Positions 39,101 through 50,725 of a stretch of DNA of 64,000 nt are shown piece by piece. Source of the DNA: Leidyana gryllorum EB-2025a (lineage: Eukaryota > Protista > Apicomplexa); contig JBLWGC010000143.1 in assembly GCA_048772705.1 (NCBI GenBank), positions 103,969-167,968 of the forward strand, in the 5' to 3' direction. The translations under genes were made by a program, and so were the position numbers. Numbering within the stretch: position 1 is the stretch's first letter; each line of letters starts with the position of its first letter. The notes below the pieces were generated by a model that saw nothing but the letters and a program-made list of their open reading frames with translations, made no database searches and was not told the origin of the DNA.

Positions 39101-42100
39101 CTCAGAGTCTTCGGTTTCAACAAGGGTTCCATACACAGACTCAGCGCCTGTTCAATCTCCAGATTCCGTCTGCAGGCATCCCAGGTTTACCTAAGAACGA
39201 TCAATGCAGCACTCGAACTCACCTGTCAATCTCCCGCTCGTCTGTTTCAATATCACGGATTGTTTCTTCTCCATTTTCCCTCTTATTCGCCATATACGGT
39301 AAGCCCAGAGTTTGGAACAAAGACTTGAGAGGATTGGATTTCGATTGTCCTTCATTTCGAATCAGCAAGTTGCTATCCTCCCCGTGAAGACTCGGAGGGA
39401 TGCCTAGAATCCCCATCGCATTAGAGAGGTTAGAAAAGACGCGCTGAAAGTATCACAGTCACCGCAGATCAGATTTCGCCTCAAAACTCACCTGATTAAG
39501 TTGATCTACAACAAATCGATCTCCAGCGATAGTCCAGTCGGTTGGGGGTAAGAAGGGGAAGCTTGGGGCCGGCAAACTGAGGCTCACGGGGAATATCATG
39601 TAGATACGCGCACAGTTCTCCCAACACGAGACAGCCGAGTTGCGAGTGTCACAAAGGGCTCCCAATGAAAGAAGCGATGGCTCGGATGCACGCAACGTAC
39701 ATCCCCCTATGTTGAGGGAGAGGCCACCCGCTTCGTAATAGTAAGCAGTAATGAAAGACAAATTCGGGTCTGCGGCTCCGACTTCAGCCGTATGACTCCA
39801 GAAACAAACAGCTGCGTGGCAAAAGAACGGTTGCAAGCCGCTAATAGCTCACTCACCACGTGGTAATAGCGGCTTGGGATGCCCACACACGAGCTCCAAA
39901 CTCCCAAGTGACATTCCCATCACGAGATCAGAGCGGAGTTCTCTGGCGTGGGCGGGTTTCTCGCCTCCATGGAGCGTAGAAGTCGGTATCTCGTCCGAGA
40001 ACATCATCACTCGGCGACTTCGTGAAGGCGAGTGTCCCGCCAGCGCTCCCTTACGTTCATGACTTGTCATCAAGGTGCTCCCATCAGTGATTGTTTCACG
40101 TCCACCAGCAAGGCCGGCCTCGAAACATAACTGGCGAAGACTCAAAGTGAAGATACTGGGATAAAAGCTCGAGATTCCCCCGAATGCTGGCCCACCATCG
40201 CCCAAGAGTCCAGGGTGACTGATACTGGTGTCTCCAGGCGTCCGGGGGTCTCTGGGGCTCGGGCTCAGACCGCGGTCGCGATATATGTTGCGGAATGCGT
40301 CAGTTCCCAAATGGATCGTAAAGTTCTCGAATTCAGCGACGAGATACCAACGGAAGTGTTTCATGAAGATTCGGCCCATTTCCTGTTCGATCACCTAAGA
40401 CCGCCCTGAGTGGATGAAGAATGCCTTTAAACTTACCATCAGAGCATCGCTTTCATTCGTTTGATGCAACTCGAATGCCGTTACGTCCTTTCCACCTTCC
40501 GGATGTTTGTCAAAGTCGTCTCGATGCCGCTTGGGAAGCAAACGAGGGCCCCGATCGCCTAGCACTCCTCGCACCCTCTCTGTCATATTCGCAACCACAT
40601 TATTCCCCATCTGCCAGAGAGGAGCCGCAGCGTTGACTGTGTGACCTCCCCCTCGGAGTAGAGAGACGACCTTCCCTCGAAGATTGTGCAAGTACCCAGT
40701 GGCACCGCCGATTGTGTGCTTGTGATCTCCATTCTCCGCCTGCGAAGCGCTCTTGGAGTTTCTGAAAAGAGGATGGCTTACGCCTAATGGCTGAGGGGCC
40801 TGTAGTGTCACATCGACGTCCATCAGATCGGGAAGTAAGTACTCCTCATCAGCTTGGTAGAACGCAGACTCGTAAGAGGTGTCCCTGTTTCTACCTTCAC
40901 GTCTCTTAAATCCACTGAGCTTGTCAGCCCAGGCTCGAAGTCGTCCGGGTTCCGCGGGTGGATCTGGCTGAAATCTATAGACGAACACAGCAAAACACGA
41001 TCGAACGTACCACATTGTCCAGGAAGGTCACAGGGGGGTTAGCTAGAAAGGCAGACATGGCCGACAGATCTTCTGGGAGCTTGCGTTGTCGTCGCTGATC
41101 AATACGACGTCGGAGGGGCTTTGAGAGTTGGCCCAAAGCTTCGTGGATTGCAGCATAGGCCTCTCTCATACCCAATCCCCAAAAGTAGTGTTCATCTGCG
41201 TCGGTTTTCGTAGCCTTTCTCCGTCGAACTGGTTCGGTCCAGTTCTGCACCCATAGAACGTTTTCAACAGCCGAAAGCTATCAGCGGAACTCACCAAGTT
41301 GCTATCGTAATAGGTACTCTCAGCGAGGGCGGGGTCTCCGAGAGCACACCGAGTCCAGAAGAGCAGCAAACTTTGGGGCACGGAGGGGTCGTGGATGTAA
41401 TCTTCCATAGCCTCCTCGAGAGTATCCTTAAGATTCGGATACAGCTGAGTCAGCATAAATGTTCACTTGCGCTCGTCAACTCACCGAGCGAAGAACAAAC
41501 TGACGGACTCGAATCATCTGGACCGCCCGCACCAACAAGCAATAGTCTTTGCGCGCTTGGAGTAAGTAGCTGACGTAATCACTTTTCCACCAATACTTCA
41601 ATGGATCGGACGCTTCTTGACAGAACCGAATACATCTGACGGCATAGCGCCACCATTCGCGTGCGTTCTCCTTGCAAGGCCGATTCGCCGGTCTCCTGCA
41701 GATAGTCGGCATCAACGGAGCCAACTGACAAGTCTGGTCACGGAATCTTGCCCAATGCTTGGCGTACATCTCCACGTAGGGCACAACATGCATAAGGCCA
41801 AGCGGCACGTGGATTTTCATATCCGAGAGCGACAGTTCAGCAGATACTGTGGCATCCATGTCGCTATCGGGGCTCCGACAGCCCATACGAATCCTCTCTG
41901 AGGTCCCAGTCATGTGGCCGACGACACCCGGGCGGAGTGTGTGTTACCTGGCGCCAATACATATTCCGTGGTGTTGGAGACATACTCCTGATACACTTTG
42001 CCATCATCCTCTGTGGATGTGTATCCTGGGATCAGCATAGGGGTCTGGTGAAGTCGCTGTGTGAACAAGGCTCCCAGCGAGTCGAATCGGTTTCTGTGAG

Positions 42101-43303
42101 GCAGAGGGCTCGCGTACAGTTTCTCGTCCTGAGATTCACTTACGGTGTCGGCGAGCTGGAAGCGGTCTGCCGTGCTCTCGCCCGTCTCTGAGGCAGCAAG
42201 CGAGGAATTCCTCCACCCATCAAACAAACTTTGGTCTCGGGCCGTACACCTACGCAGCCAACCATCAGTGATTGAGTCGTTGGAGGTAAGGCCCACCGTA
42301 GTTCTCCATATAGGCATCGGCTCCGAATTGGTAATTTCCCGTTGGCCCCTCGGCAGGACGATCTAAATGAGGTGCCGCCCAACAGGGATCTGCAGAGAGG
42401 TTTGAGAGATTTCGGGTGTTTCTCCATAATCATTACCCAGCAGTGACAGCTCTGCAAAGCCTTGAGAATAACACAAGTGCTCTTCCGGGCGGAAGTAGAC
42501 ACATACCACCATGGTCAATTCGCGACGAGTCACAGAGGGGTCGTCGTTGTCGGTTACAGTTTGAGGGCTCGTGTAAGTCAGCGAGGGGCACACGATGCCA
42601 AGTGACGAGGGGCACAGAGGTCGGAGCAGAGTGGTTTCTTGCCCCGGGCGCAGTATCTCAGGAATGAGCTCGAAGCGAATATGTACATTTCTGCAGCCTG
42701 ATATGGTGGTAGTGGCCCCCAACTTACTTTACAGACAGACGTATGCGGGAGAATAACCACTGCAAGACATTCTTCATGAAGAAGGCTTGTACCCCTCCCT
42801 CCTGTGGAGCTTCTTCTCTGGCCCGCTTGCGTGCACGACTCTCATCGGTCCAATCGAGCTTTTCCCATAACCTTTGAACTTCCCGTTGTCGGGTTTCCTT
42901 CTCCAGATTGGCTGCTTGCTCAGGACTCCAAGCGCTGGTGGGGCTGAGGGCTATAGTACTATCTGGGTGTCCACACGTTCCGTATACTCACATAAAACCA
43001 GAGCGACATCTTTCACTTGGACTTCGATAGCGCTATCTTGGCGCAGTGGGTTCCAGGGGATAGCCACTGAGAGTTTCCCTATGTCTCCTCGAACAGATAC
43101 AGGGAAGTCGAGCACACGAGACAGCACATCAGGTTTCAGCGTGAGCCGTTTCCATTCCAAAGGCCCTGTCTGTCAGGGCAACGCGACAGTACCATGTCGA
43201 GATAGATGATATGGCTTACATCATGGCGTTGAGAATCAGGTGCAACAAAATACTCCGCTAAGACATCCTCTATCACCTTAGACAAGTAGCCTGCGATGCT
43301 CAT
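24184..43303 (-). CDS. VPS13: VPS13-family bulk lipid transfer protein, ~19 kb, many short introns
   Basis: Chorein-N-like start MSIAGYLSKVIEDVLAEYF...LTLKPDVL...VRGDIGKLSVAIPWNPL...IEVQVKDV; NAREWWRYAVRCI; WEAFIDPW; LKEIIVSIVE...ELFLL; C-terminal PPLDLQLS/VNGAPVRV. The minus-strand ORFs are contiguous and bounded by donors. Confidence 0.75.
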
Positions 43304-43399
43304 CTCCCATTTCTCAAAACAATTCTGTCTGGGGGTTTAGTTCAGTACTGGTTGGCTGGCATCATAAATCAAAGTCAATGGAGTCAAGCCTATTGATGT

Positions 43400-45367
43400 T
43401 CAAACGTTCGCGGGGTGAGGAGGAGAAGCCGCGGCGTCGAGAGAGGGAGGTGTGTTGTCTGCGGTCCGACTGTCTCGCTCCCCTTTACGTGGCTCATCGT
43501 CCGCTTGGGTCTCGAGTTCCATTTGTGGCTCATCCTGCCTCGGGGGCTCCACCCGCTCCACAGAGATGCCAAAGGTGTTGAGCAGGGTATTGTTGATGGT
43601 GGCATCAACAGGCAAGTCAACCTCTTTATCGATCTTGACGTATTGGGTTCGAGGCCGGTCGTCTCCGAACTTCCCAGCCGCTATCATATCGGCTAACCGT
43701 TTCTTCTCACTGTTCGTGAATGAAGATCAATTGTCACCGGGGATCAACAGTTCACCTACCTGTCGGAATTAGAACTTCGCACACGTCTCAATGCTCTCAG
43801 CACATCCTTATTTCCCGGTTCAATTCTGTCAGCCCGATTATACCACATCTCGGCATCGGCTAAATCCTCCTGTTCTTCTTTGATTTTGCCCATCAAGTAA
43901 CAGGCCTTTGCATTATCCGCGTGGGCCTGTAGGAGCGTTTTGAGGGCGCTCTCTGCCTTTTGAAATTGTCCCAATTTGGAGTATACCAACGCTTGATTGC
44001 ACCGAACTCTCGCCTCTTGGGCACTTCGGAACTTGCGGTCATAATCTGATCCCTGACTTTCACTCAGCACAATCGCCGCATCTGAGTAGATGCGCTCTGC
44101 CCTCAACAAATCACCGATGCCAAAGTATCTTTTCGCTATATCCTGGACGTGGTCCACATATTCGAGTCGGGCCTGCTTGTGATAGTTCTGCATTCCATCC
44201 AATCACGCATTTTGTCATCGCCCGAAACTCAGAACCCCACTTACGCTCGGCTCCTCTGTCGCATAAAGCTCCTCAAGGTGAACATTGCGGGCGGTGATCC
44301 TCTTTCCGGCATAGCGTTCCAGATATTGGGTCATATCGATACTCGACGGGATCAGTTTAAAATGCGGATCCTTGACTCCCGGGTCTGTCTGCAAGTCGTC
44401 GGGATCGATGATCTTTTTACGCCCAATCAGAGGATCCGATTCCGCACCATCGAATACTTTACTGATGTCTCCTTTCATATAATGCCCGCCTTTGCCCTGC
44501 TTCTGGCAGAGCTCTTCTTCCTCCTTGCTGAGGCTATAGGGCCCAAAAGCAGCTTCTGGAGACATATTGATAGTCCCCACTTGGCGCACGGCCACTTTCA
44601 TCACACCCATGTCCAGTCCCGGGATCACGTCTCCGGCGCCAATGGTGAACATATGGGGAGAGCCCATCTTTCTGGTGTCATAGATTAGCTCATTGTCGTC
44701 CGAGGTCTCGAGGCGGTAGTGGACAGCCACGACATCGAGGTTGGAGGGCTTCCAAGGCGAGACTTTCACGCGTTGACTCAGGAACACAGTGCACTTTGGG
44801 GACTCATCCGGCCAAGCCTCCATCACCACGTAGTAATCGTGCAGAGTCATCTCCACGAGCTGTCAACGATGTCTTGACTTTGAGAGAGAGAGAGAGAGAG
44901 AAGCTATACCCACCAGTTCCTTATCATTGAGAAATTCGGGATGAGTCTCTTGAGGTAGTCGAATCTGGAGACTCTCATCAATGCGCATGGTACGCAGAGT
45001 TGGATAGAGCACATTCTCCGCGAGCCAACCATCCACGAACCGGTTGTCGATCTCGACTTTCTTACTCTGGACGTCCTGAAGTACTTTGCTCTCCTCGTCA
45101 CCGGCCCCGGGAGTGCGTGCGGACACTTTCCAACTTAAGAGTGCCCAAGTGGAGTCTCCGAAGAAGAGTGACCCCCGCTTGGCGGGAGTCACAACTGACA
45201 GTGTCCATTCTCCCTTCACTCCCACCGGAATAGCCTGTTTGATCAAAGTGTGAACAAGAGGAGAGCGGGGGGGGGATGGGTACCTTGCCCACTTCGCCAG
45301 TCCGATTGGCGGCGAAGAAGCTGACGTGGTCTCCGCCAGATGCTGTTGGAGAGGAATCACCGTCCAT
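43400..45367 (-). CDS. FKBP-type peptidyl-prolyl isomerase with TPR domain, multi-exon
   Basis: VAVHYRL...IYDT...PHMFTIGAGDVIPGLDMGVMK...SPEAAFG (FKBP); RCNQALVYSKLGQFQKA...NAKACYLMG...IEPGNKDV (TPR). Likely ATG at 45367 (MDGDSSPT). Confidence 0.8.
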
Positions 45368-45443
45368 TTTTTGATCGAAATGTTCAACAGAGCACGGACA
45401 GGTTAGCAGCTGACTCGAGAGACGTACAACACCAAAAAATTGT

Positions 45444-46382
45444 TTAATCGAAGAGACCGAAACCCATGTCGTCGTCCTCCTCCTCTTCCTCCTCCTCAAC
45501 CTTAGCCTCAACTTTCTTGTCCTCAGTGGCAGCAGCAGCGGCAGGGGCGGCAGCAGCGAAAGCACCCGGGTTCTCGAGGGCAGCCTTGAGAGCCTCAAGC
45601 TGGGGGAAGATGACATCAGTCTCCAGACCAACAGCAGCGCACTGTCTGAAGGCAGACACGACGGAGTGCACAACAGAGGGCTTGGTGGGCACAGAGGCGG
45701 CCAAGGAGAACGCGGCAACCAGCTGAGCGGCGTCGGAGACACGCTTGACCAGACTCTCGGGCTCGATGTCGAGGACGGAGGCGGGGTAGCGAGCACCATC
45801 GTCGTAGATGGTAGTGGGCTTGAGACCGTACGAGAAGGGTTTGATGTTGAGCTTAGTCAACAGGACAGCCTGGGAGGCAGTGACACGCTCGCCCTCCTTG
45901 ATGACCTGAACTTCGTTCTGGATTTCAATTTGACCCTTAACGATCTTGGTGGCGATTTGCAGCGCCTGGAAGAAAGAGGTCTGACCCGGGTCCATACCGG
46001 TAGGTCCGGGAGGAATGGACACAGACAGAGGGGCCACGGCACCCTGCTTGGCGGGGGCGGGGACTCTGTGGGAGAGGATGATCTTGCGGACCTCGCTGGC
46101 GTCCACCTTGCAGAAGACCAAACCGACGTTCTCCTTGATGAGAGGGAGGAGGTTCTCGAGAGCGGGGATCTCCTCGAAGTGACCACGGAGAGCGGTACGG
46201 ATCATAGTGTTCTTGCCCATGAGCAAAGTAGCCTTGTCACGGAGCGAGAATCTGATTTGGGCCATCTGACGAGATCCAACATTGTCAGCCTCAACGATGA
46301 GGATTTGGGTGTGGTTTCTGACGAGGTCAGCAAGCTTGGCGAAGTACGCCTGCTTCTTAACGGAACGTGCTCCAGCGGACAT
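45444..46382 (-). CDS. RPLP0: 60S acidic ribosomal protein P0 (uL10)
   Basis: DNVGSRQM, LMGKNTMIR, GPTGMDPGQTSFFQAL, C-terminal EEEEDDDMGFGLFD; strong codon bias. Confidence 0.98.
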   Translation of the reverse strand: MSAGARSVKKQAYFAKLADLVRNHTQILIVEADNVGSRQMAQIRFSLRDKATLLMGKNTMIRTALRGHFEEIPALENLLPLIKENVGLVFCKVDASEVRKIILSHRVPAPAKQGAVAPLSVSIPPGPTGMDPGQTSFFQALQIATKIVKGQIEIQNEVQVIKEGERVTASQAVLLTKLNIKPFSYGLKPTTIYDDGARYPASVLDIEPESLVKRVSDAAQLVAAFSLAASVPTKPSVVHSVVSAFRQCAAVGLETDVIFPQLEALKAALENPGAFAAAAPAAAAATEDKKVEAKVEEEEEEEDDDMGFGLFD

Positions 46383-46509
46383 ATTCAGTACGAGTGGGGA
46401 CTGCCAACTAAGTATGTAACCTGTGGGCAATCAAGTTTAGCCAAGCTCGACTGAAAAGACGCTAAAAAAATTGATCGCGGAGCCTTTGTTGAGGACGTTA
46501 TGTCTAGGT

Positions 46510-48213
46510 CTATTTAGGGTTGCGCTTGGGTTTGGCAGTGGACCGCGTCACCGCAGACGAATCCCGCCCAGCATTTGCGCGTGTCCGTCGCTGACGGACC
46601 TTGGGCTCTGTCACATCATTTGACACGCCCACCGTGTGTGCCAACAATTCCTCAACTTCGTCTACAGATCCAATCGGCTCCGCGACCTCCACTTCTTTCT
46701 CGTCCTTATCCTCCTTTGCCCCAGTAACGAATTTGTACAGCCCGTGAACCAGCGCAATGATACCGCTGAGCACCAGCACTCCAGTCACCATCCGCAGATG
46801 TCTGGCACGACGTTCCATGTTACGAATTATGAGAATCGCGTCGGCAAAGTATCCAATGGCGTTTATCAGAGCTGTCAACTCGTTCCTCTCCAAACTCATA
46901 ATCTTCTGGGAAGGAGCTCCAGCGGCCTTGATGGCTACTTGCAGAGCAGTCAATTTAACCTTTCCATGCAGCCTGCACTTCTCACACTCAATGCAGTCAA
47001 AGATGCGGCTGATGTTGGCGAATTGCTTCAAGGCCAAGTCTTGCTTTCGCTCAAACATCGGAACGTCCAAACGATGTCTCGCAGCAGACGGAAGAGACTG
47101 TGCAACTGTCACGAGACTCTCCAACTTCTCCTTGGCTTCTTGATCCTCCACAAAGTTCCCAGTGTGACAGGGACAGCTTGCCACCATTCCCTTGACTTCT
47201 ACAAGTGTTCGCACCAAAAGGGAGAAATCGATGTACAAATTCTCAATCCAGTCACGGTGACCAGCAACTCGCCACCGGAAAAGATTGAGATTGTATTTGT
47301 GTCTTCCCACAATCTCCTTTCCCCGTGCACTTCGACCCCAAGTCGGAGCGGTGAACGGAAGCGGCAGTTTGCTCGACACCGGACTGTTGTACTCCGCGCT
47401 CAGAACCATTATAGTCGTCTGCAAGCCACTGATTATGTGTTGAAACATCTCCTCCTCAGTACACTCGCTCTCCGCCGGAAGTCCAGATTGAGAATCAGCG
47501 GGAATGCAATTCTCCTTATATATCATTCCCCAAATGTTCCGACCCTTATATGCCGTGAAACCTGGCGGATTCAGCGTGAGATCCACATAGGTCGACCTTT
47601 TCTCTTCGTCGTCACCATTTATAAGGGCCAGGAAATGATCCTCAGCTTCTGCGGCTGACCCCGTCAAGCCACTCATATGGTCACCAGCGCCCTCCCAAGG
47701 GGTGAAGTGCTCCAAAAACCGCCGGTCAATGAAATGCTCGGTCGGCTTCTGATGCCAGGGCAACGGGATTTGGTCATCCGTACATTCACACACAGCACAA
47801 CTTCCCAAAGGGCTCGAACACAGATCTTGTCGAGCCCAGAAGGGACATTCTTTTCCCAGATCCACCTTAAAGATCCGGAAATACGTACTTGAATCTTGAA
47901 GATCATGTATCAGGGGCAATATTCGGGATGCTTCATCTTCTATCTCTGCGGCTTTTGGAAACTTTCTGTGAAATTGCCCCACAGGTCGCTTCACATCCCA
48001 CCAACCACACCAGGCGGGCAGATATTCGCCAATTCCGTACATCGACATTGAAAGTAGCTCTCCGAAGCTTTTTGGGCTATTGGTATCCACATCAACCCCT
48101 TTGGGAGCGAGGAGCTGAAATGATATGCCTGCCCCAAGGAGGATAAGCAATCCTTTGGTTGAAGGATGAGCCAATAGGGGCAAAACTCGTCGCAAAAACC
48201 GGCGACCTGCCAT
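46510..48213 (-). CDS. ERO1: Endoplasmic reticulum oxidoreductin 1
   Basis: FKVDLGKECPFW...C...CAVCEC; VDLTLNPPGFTAY; IYKENC; FANISRIFDCIECEKCRLHGK (CxxCxxC). Start codon uncertain (48213 or 48255). Confidence 0.93.
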   Translation of the reverse strand: MAGRRFLRRVLPLLAHPSTKGLLILLGAGISFQLLAPKGVDVDTNSPKSFGELLSMSMYGIGEYLPAWCGWWDVKRPVGQFHRKFPKAAEIEDEASRILPLIHDLQDSSTYFRIFKVDLGKECPFWARQDLCSSPLGSCAVCECTDDQIPLPWHQKPTEHFIDRRFLEHFTPWEGAGDHMSGLTGSAAEAEDHFLALINGDDEEKRSTYVDLTLNPPGFTAYKGRNIWGMIYKENCIPADSQSGLPAESECTEEEMFQHIISGLQTTIMVLSAEYNSPVSSKLPLPFTAPTWGRSARGKEIVGRHKYNLNLFRWRVAGHRDWIENLYIDFSLLVRTLVEVKGMVASCPCHTGNFVEDQEAKEKLESLVTVAQSLPSAARHRLDVPMFERKQDLALKQFANISRIFDCIECEKCRLHGKVKLTALQVAIKAAGAPSQKIMSLERNELTALINAIGYFADAILIIRNMERRARHLRMVTGVLVLSGIIALVHGLYKFVTGAKEDKDEKEVEVAEPIGSVDEVEELLAHTVGVSNDVTEPKVRQRRTRANAGRDSSAVTRSTAKPKRNPK

Positions 48214-48309
48214 CTTAGAGGGATTGTTAGACAAGATCCCGACCCCAGTGCTCATGACGTTCACAGTAGCACCACCGTCGAGATAGGGAAGCGACGTCAA
48301 ATAGTAGTT

Positions 48310-50697
48310 ATGTCAAAACTGTTACCTGCTCTTTTTTTCACCTCTTCTCACGGTGCCGCCCATCCTTCTTATGGCGTGGGGCCCATACCCAGTCAATTGA
48401 CGTTTGTAACTCGACCAATGGTTGTGCTTTTGGATTTCCGAGTTCGCGCCCAACCGCGTGCGAACCCATCGCTAGACACACCAATGAATCCGGATGCGAT
48501 ACCGACCCTCCAATTCCCACATTGTACTCATCGCCATCTCAAGTCCATACAACGAATATGTTGGTTGGCCTTCTGGTATCCTTTGTCAACCCTAGCCTTG
48601 ACATGTCTCTACCCCTTTCTCGCCATGTACCACTTCATGTCCGTGATCATGACGGTCGATTGCTTCTCTCGTAGCCTTCTGCAACGGGCACGCTCGCCCG
48701 CAACACAAGCAGGAGAGAATGTCCCAAGCTCAGCAGAACGACCCCCTAAAACTCCGCATCAACAGCGGAACGACCCCTCAACCAGCAACACTCCGTCCAC
48801 TCAAGATACACATCGCCAACGACTTCCCAGTCCAACAGGACTCAGTTCGAACGAAGATGTTCCAGAAGCACCCTGGGAAGCTTCCTGCCCTAGACCTAAC
48901 GTTGGCAAACCTGCTGGCTCCCCTCTGCTGTACAGCAAGCTACCCCTGGCCGTGATAGAAGGCAAAAGAGATTTCGCGCGTCACCAACACGACTCTATGG
49001 TTACTTCCAATGACCATTTTTGGCTTGCCGACTCGCCCGAGAATCCTTGCCACATTATGGGCCTCTGCGTGGTTGATCGCATCAGCCTGGCAGATCTCCG
49101 GATGTGTGTCGAAGAGCGGTGGATGTCTGTCGTCCCAAAGTTCCAGCAGGTGCTAGGAAGCCGCTTAGGTAGACCAATTTGGAGATACAAACCCACTGCG
49201 GTGGCAGATCTGGTCACGGAGCGATATGTTGTTTTGAACAGGCTAAAGGATGTGGTTCATGGACCTTGTGGTGCCGTTCCTCTAGAGATTTATGGGCGCT
49301 TGTCAGAGATGGCGTCGAACCCTCTACCCTCAGATAAGCCTCTGTGGCGGATAGAACTCGTACATCCCGTGGCGATTAGTGGTCAATCATTACCCACAGA
49401 AGTCCAAAAGCTAAGTTATATCTGCATTCAGGTCCATCATGGACTATTGGATGGTGTGTCAGCCAGCTTCGCACTATTCGGACTCCTATTTGACCCCGCT
49501 GAAGACACTGAGAGCTCTTCGGTGGGAGCAGTACTTCCAAAGGTTACCTTCCTCCAACGACTATTGCTGTATGGCCGCGAGTACCTCCGTTTATGCGGAT
49601 CACTACTGCCCCTCCTGCTTTTCTGGGCTTTTATACGGCCACAGGCGGGACCGGTCATCCCACCTCCGTCATTGGAAAGCTGTGGGCCCACTGCTCCCGA
49701 AGGAGTCCCCTCAGCTACCACTGATGACGGGGCTCACAAACCATCCGGACGCAAGATTGTCTCGCCCCCAGCGGCCATTCCTCTAGATATTGTCCAGCGG
49801 ACCGCCAAGATGCTCAGCAGGAAGACTGGTACCCACATCACGATCAATGACGTCTTGATGCTTGCAGTGAGCGAACAGATGCGCGATCTACGACGTTCAA
49901 AACCGGAGGTGATGTTGGAGAGCAACAATGCTGAGGCATCAGCAGAGTCTCAAGCTCCCAGAGCAAATCGTATATCCCGAAGTAGTTCACGAACCCCTGC
50001 CCCCTACAAAGACCTGCGGTCAGAAGTGAAAGGGCGAGATGAGGCACATGTTACTTCGAAGGGCACCGCTCCTGAGGAAGAGAGCATCAGTCACTATCCT
50101 GTCTTGATTCCGATGCACTGTAGGCTTTCGCCGCCGAAGGTTCCCTTAAACAATGTCACAAGCCCAACATTGCTGTTACTTCCCCACTCAAGTGACAAAG
50201 AACAGTCGCTTTTGAATGTACATCAAGCACTCAAGCAAGCTAAGGATCGAAGATACATATATTTCATGGCTGCCTGTTTGGTTTGCCAGGTGCTGCCGAA
50301 TTGCTGGATGCGCTGGTTGATGGATAGGATAACCACTCGTGTGAACACAAGCGTCAGCAACGTGGTAGGTCCTCAGAATCAGTATTTGTTGTTGGGACGA
50401 CCAGTGCATCACGCGCAATTCTGGCAACCGGGTCGAGGTGGAATCACCATGTCTATCGCTGCAATGAGTATGCGAGGAATTTTCACCGTTCAGGCCATGG
50501 CCGATGCTGATGAATTAGCCTCCTTCCGCGCTGATTTCGCTAGGCGTCGGATGGGAAGATCGATGGAAAGACGTTCCAGACAAACCCCAAATGTGCTGGA
50601 TGAAGCGCTCGAATTGAAAAGAGTGATATCGGAAAATATCGTCGCCCGTATAGAGGAACTTTTCTGCTTAGCGTCCCCCCCTTCTTCTAATTATTGA
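48310..50697 (+). CDS. Wax ester synthase / diacylglycerol acyltransferase (WS/DGAT family)
   Basis: Catalytic HHGLLDG (HHxxxDG), PLPSDKPLWRI, TINDVLM, SNVVGP; N-terminal TM segment. The true start may be 48484. Confidence 0.88.
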   Translation: MSKLLPALFFTSSHGAAHPSYGVGPIPSQLTFVTRPMVVLLDFRVRAQPRANPSLDTPMNPDAIPTLQFPHCTHRHLKSIQRICWLAFWYPLSTLALTCLYPFLAMYHFMSVIMTVDCFSRSLLQRARSPATQAGENVPSSAERPPKTPHQQRNDPSTSNTPSTQDTHRQRLPSPTGLSSNEDVPEAPWEASCPRPNVGKPAGSPLLYSKLPLAVIEGKRDFARHQHDSMVTSNDHFWLADSPENPCHIMGLCVVDRISLADLRMCVEERWMSVVPKFQQVLGSRLGRPIWRYKPTAVADLVTERYVVLNRLKDVVHGPCGAVPLEIYGRLSEMASNPLPSDKPLWRIELVHPVAISGQSLPTEVQKLSYICIQVHHGLLDGVSASFALFGLLFDPAEDTESSSVGAVLPKVTFLQRLLLYGREYLRLCGSLLPLLLFWAFIRPQAGPVIPPPSLESCGPTAPEGVPSATTDDGAHKPSGRKIVSPPAAIPLDIVQRTAKMLSRKTGTHITINDVLMLAVSEQMRDLRRSKPEVMLESNNAEASAESQAPRANRISRSSSRTPAPYKDLRSEVKGRDEAHVTSKGTAPEEESISHYPVLIPMHCRLSPPKVPLNNVTSPTLLLLPHSSDKEQSLLNVHQALKQAKDRRYIYFMAACLVCQVLPNCWMRWLMDRITTRVNTSVSNVVGPQNQYLLLGRPVHHAQFWQPGRGGITMSIAAMSMRGIFTVQAMADADELASFRADFARRRMGRSMERRSRQTPNVLDEALELKRVISENIVARIEELFCLASPPSSNY

Positions 50698-50725
50698 CTT
50701 ATTTAGAGCATTTTAGACTCCTGCG

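Noticed and set aside
24184-43303. Fragmented ORFs read as pseudogene, frameshifting or stop-codon reassignment
   Set aside because: Breaks coincide with gtgag/gtaag...ag short introns; conserved genes end in ordinary TAA/TAG/TGA.
13625-43303. Functional trafficking cluster (AP-2mu, PX-RH, VPS13)
   Set aside because: Trafficking genes are numerous and an unrelated gene interrupts them; adjacency alone is not evidence without synteny.
45666-46454. 262 aa plus-strand ORF opposite RPLP0
   Set aside because: Antisense shadow caused by strong codon bias in a highly expressed gene.
46636-47658. 340 aa ORF antisense to ERO1
   Set aside because: Fully overlaps a well-supported gene; no domain signal.
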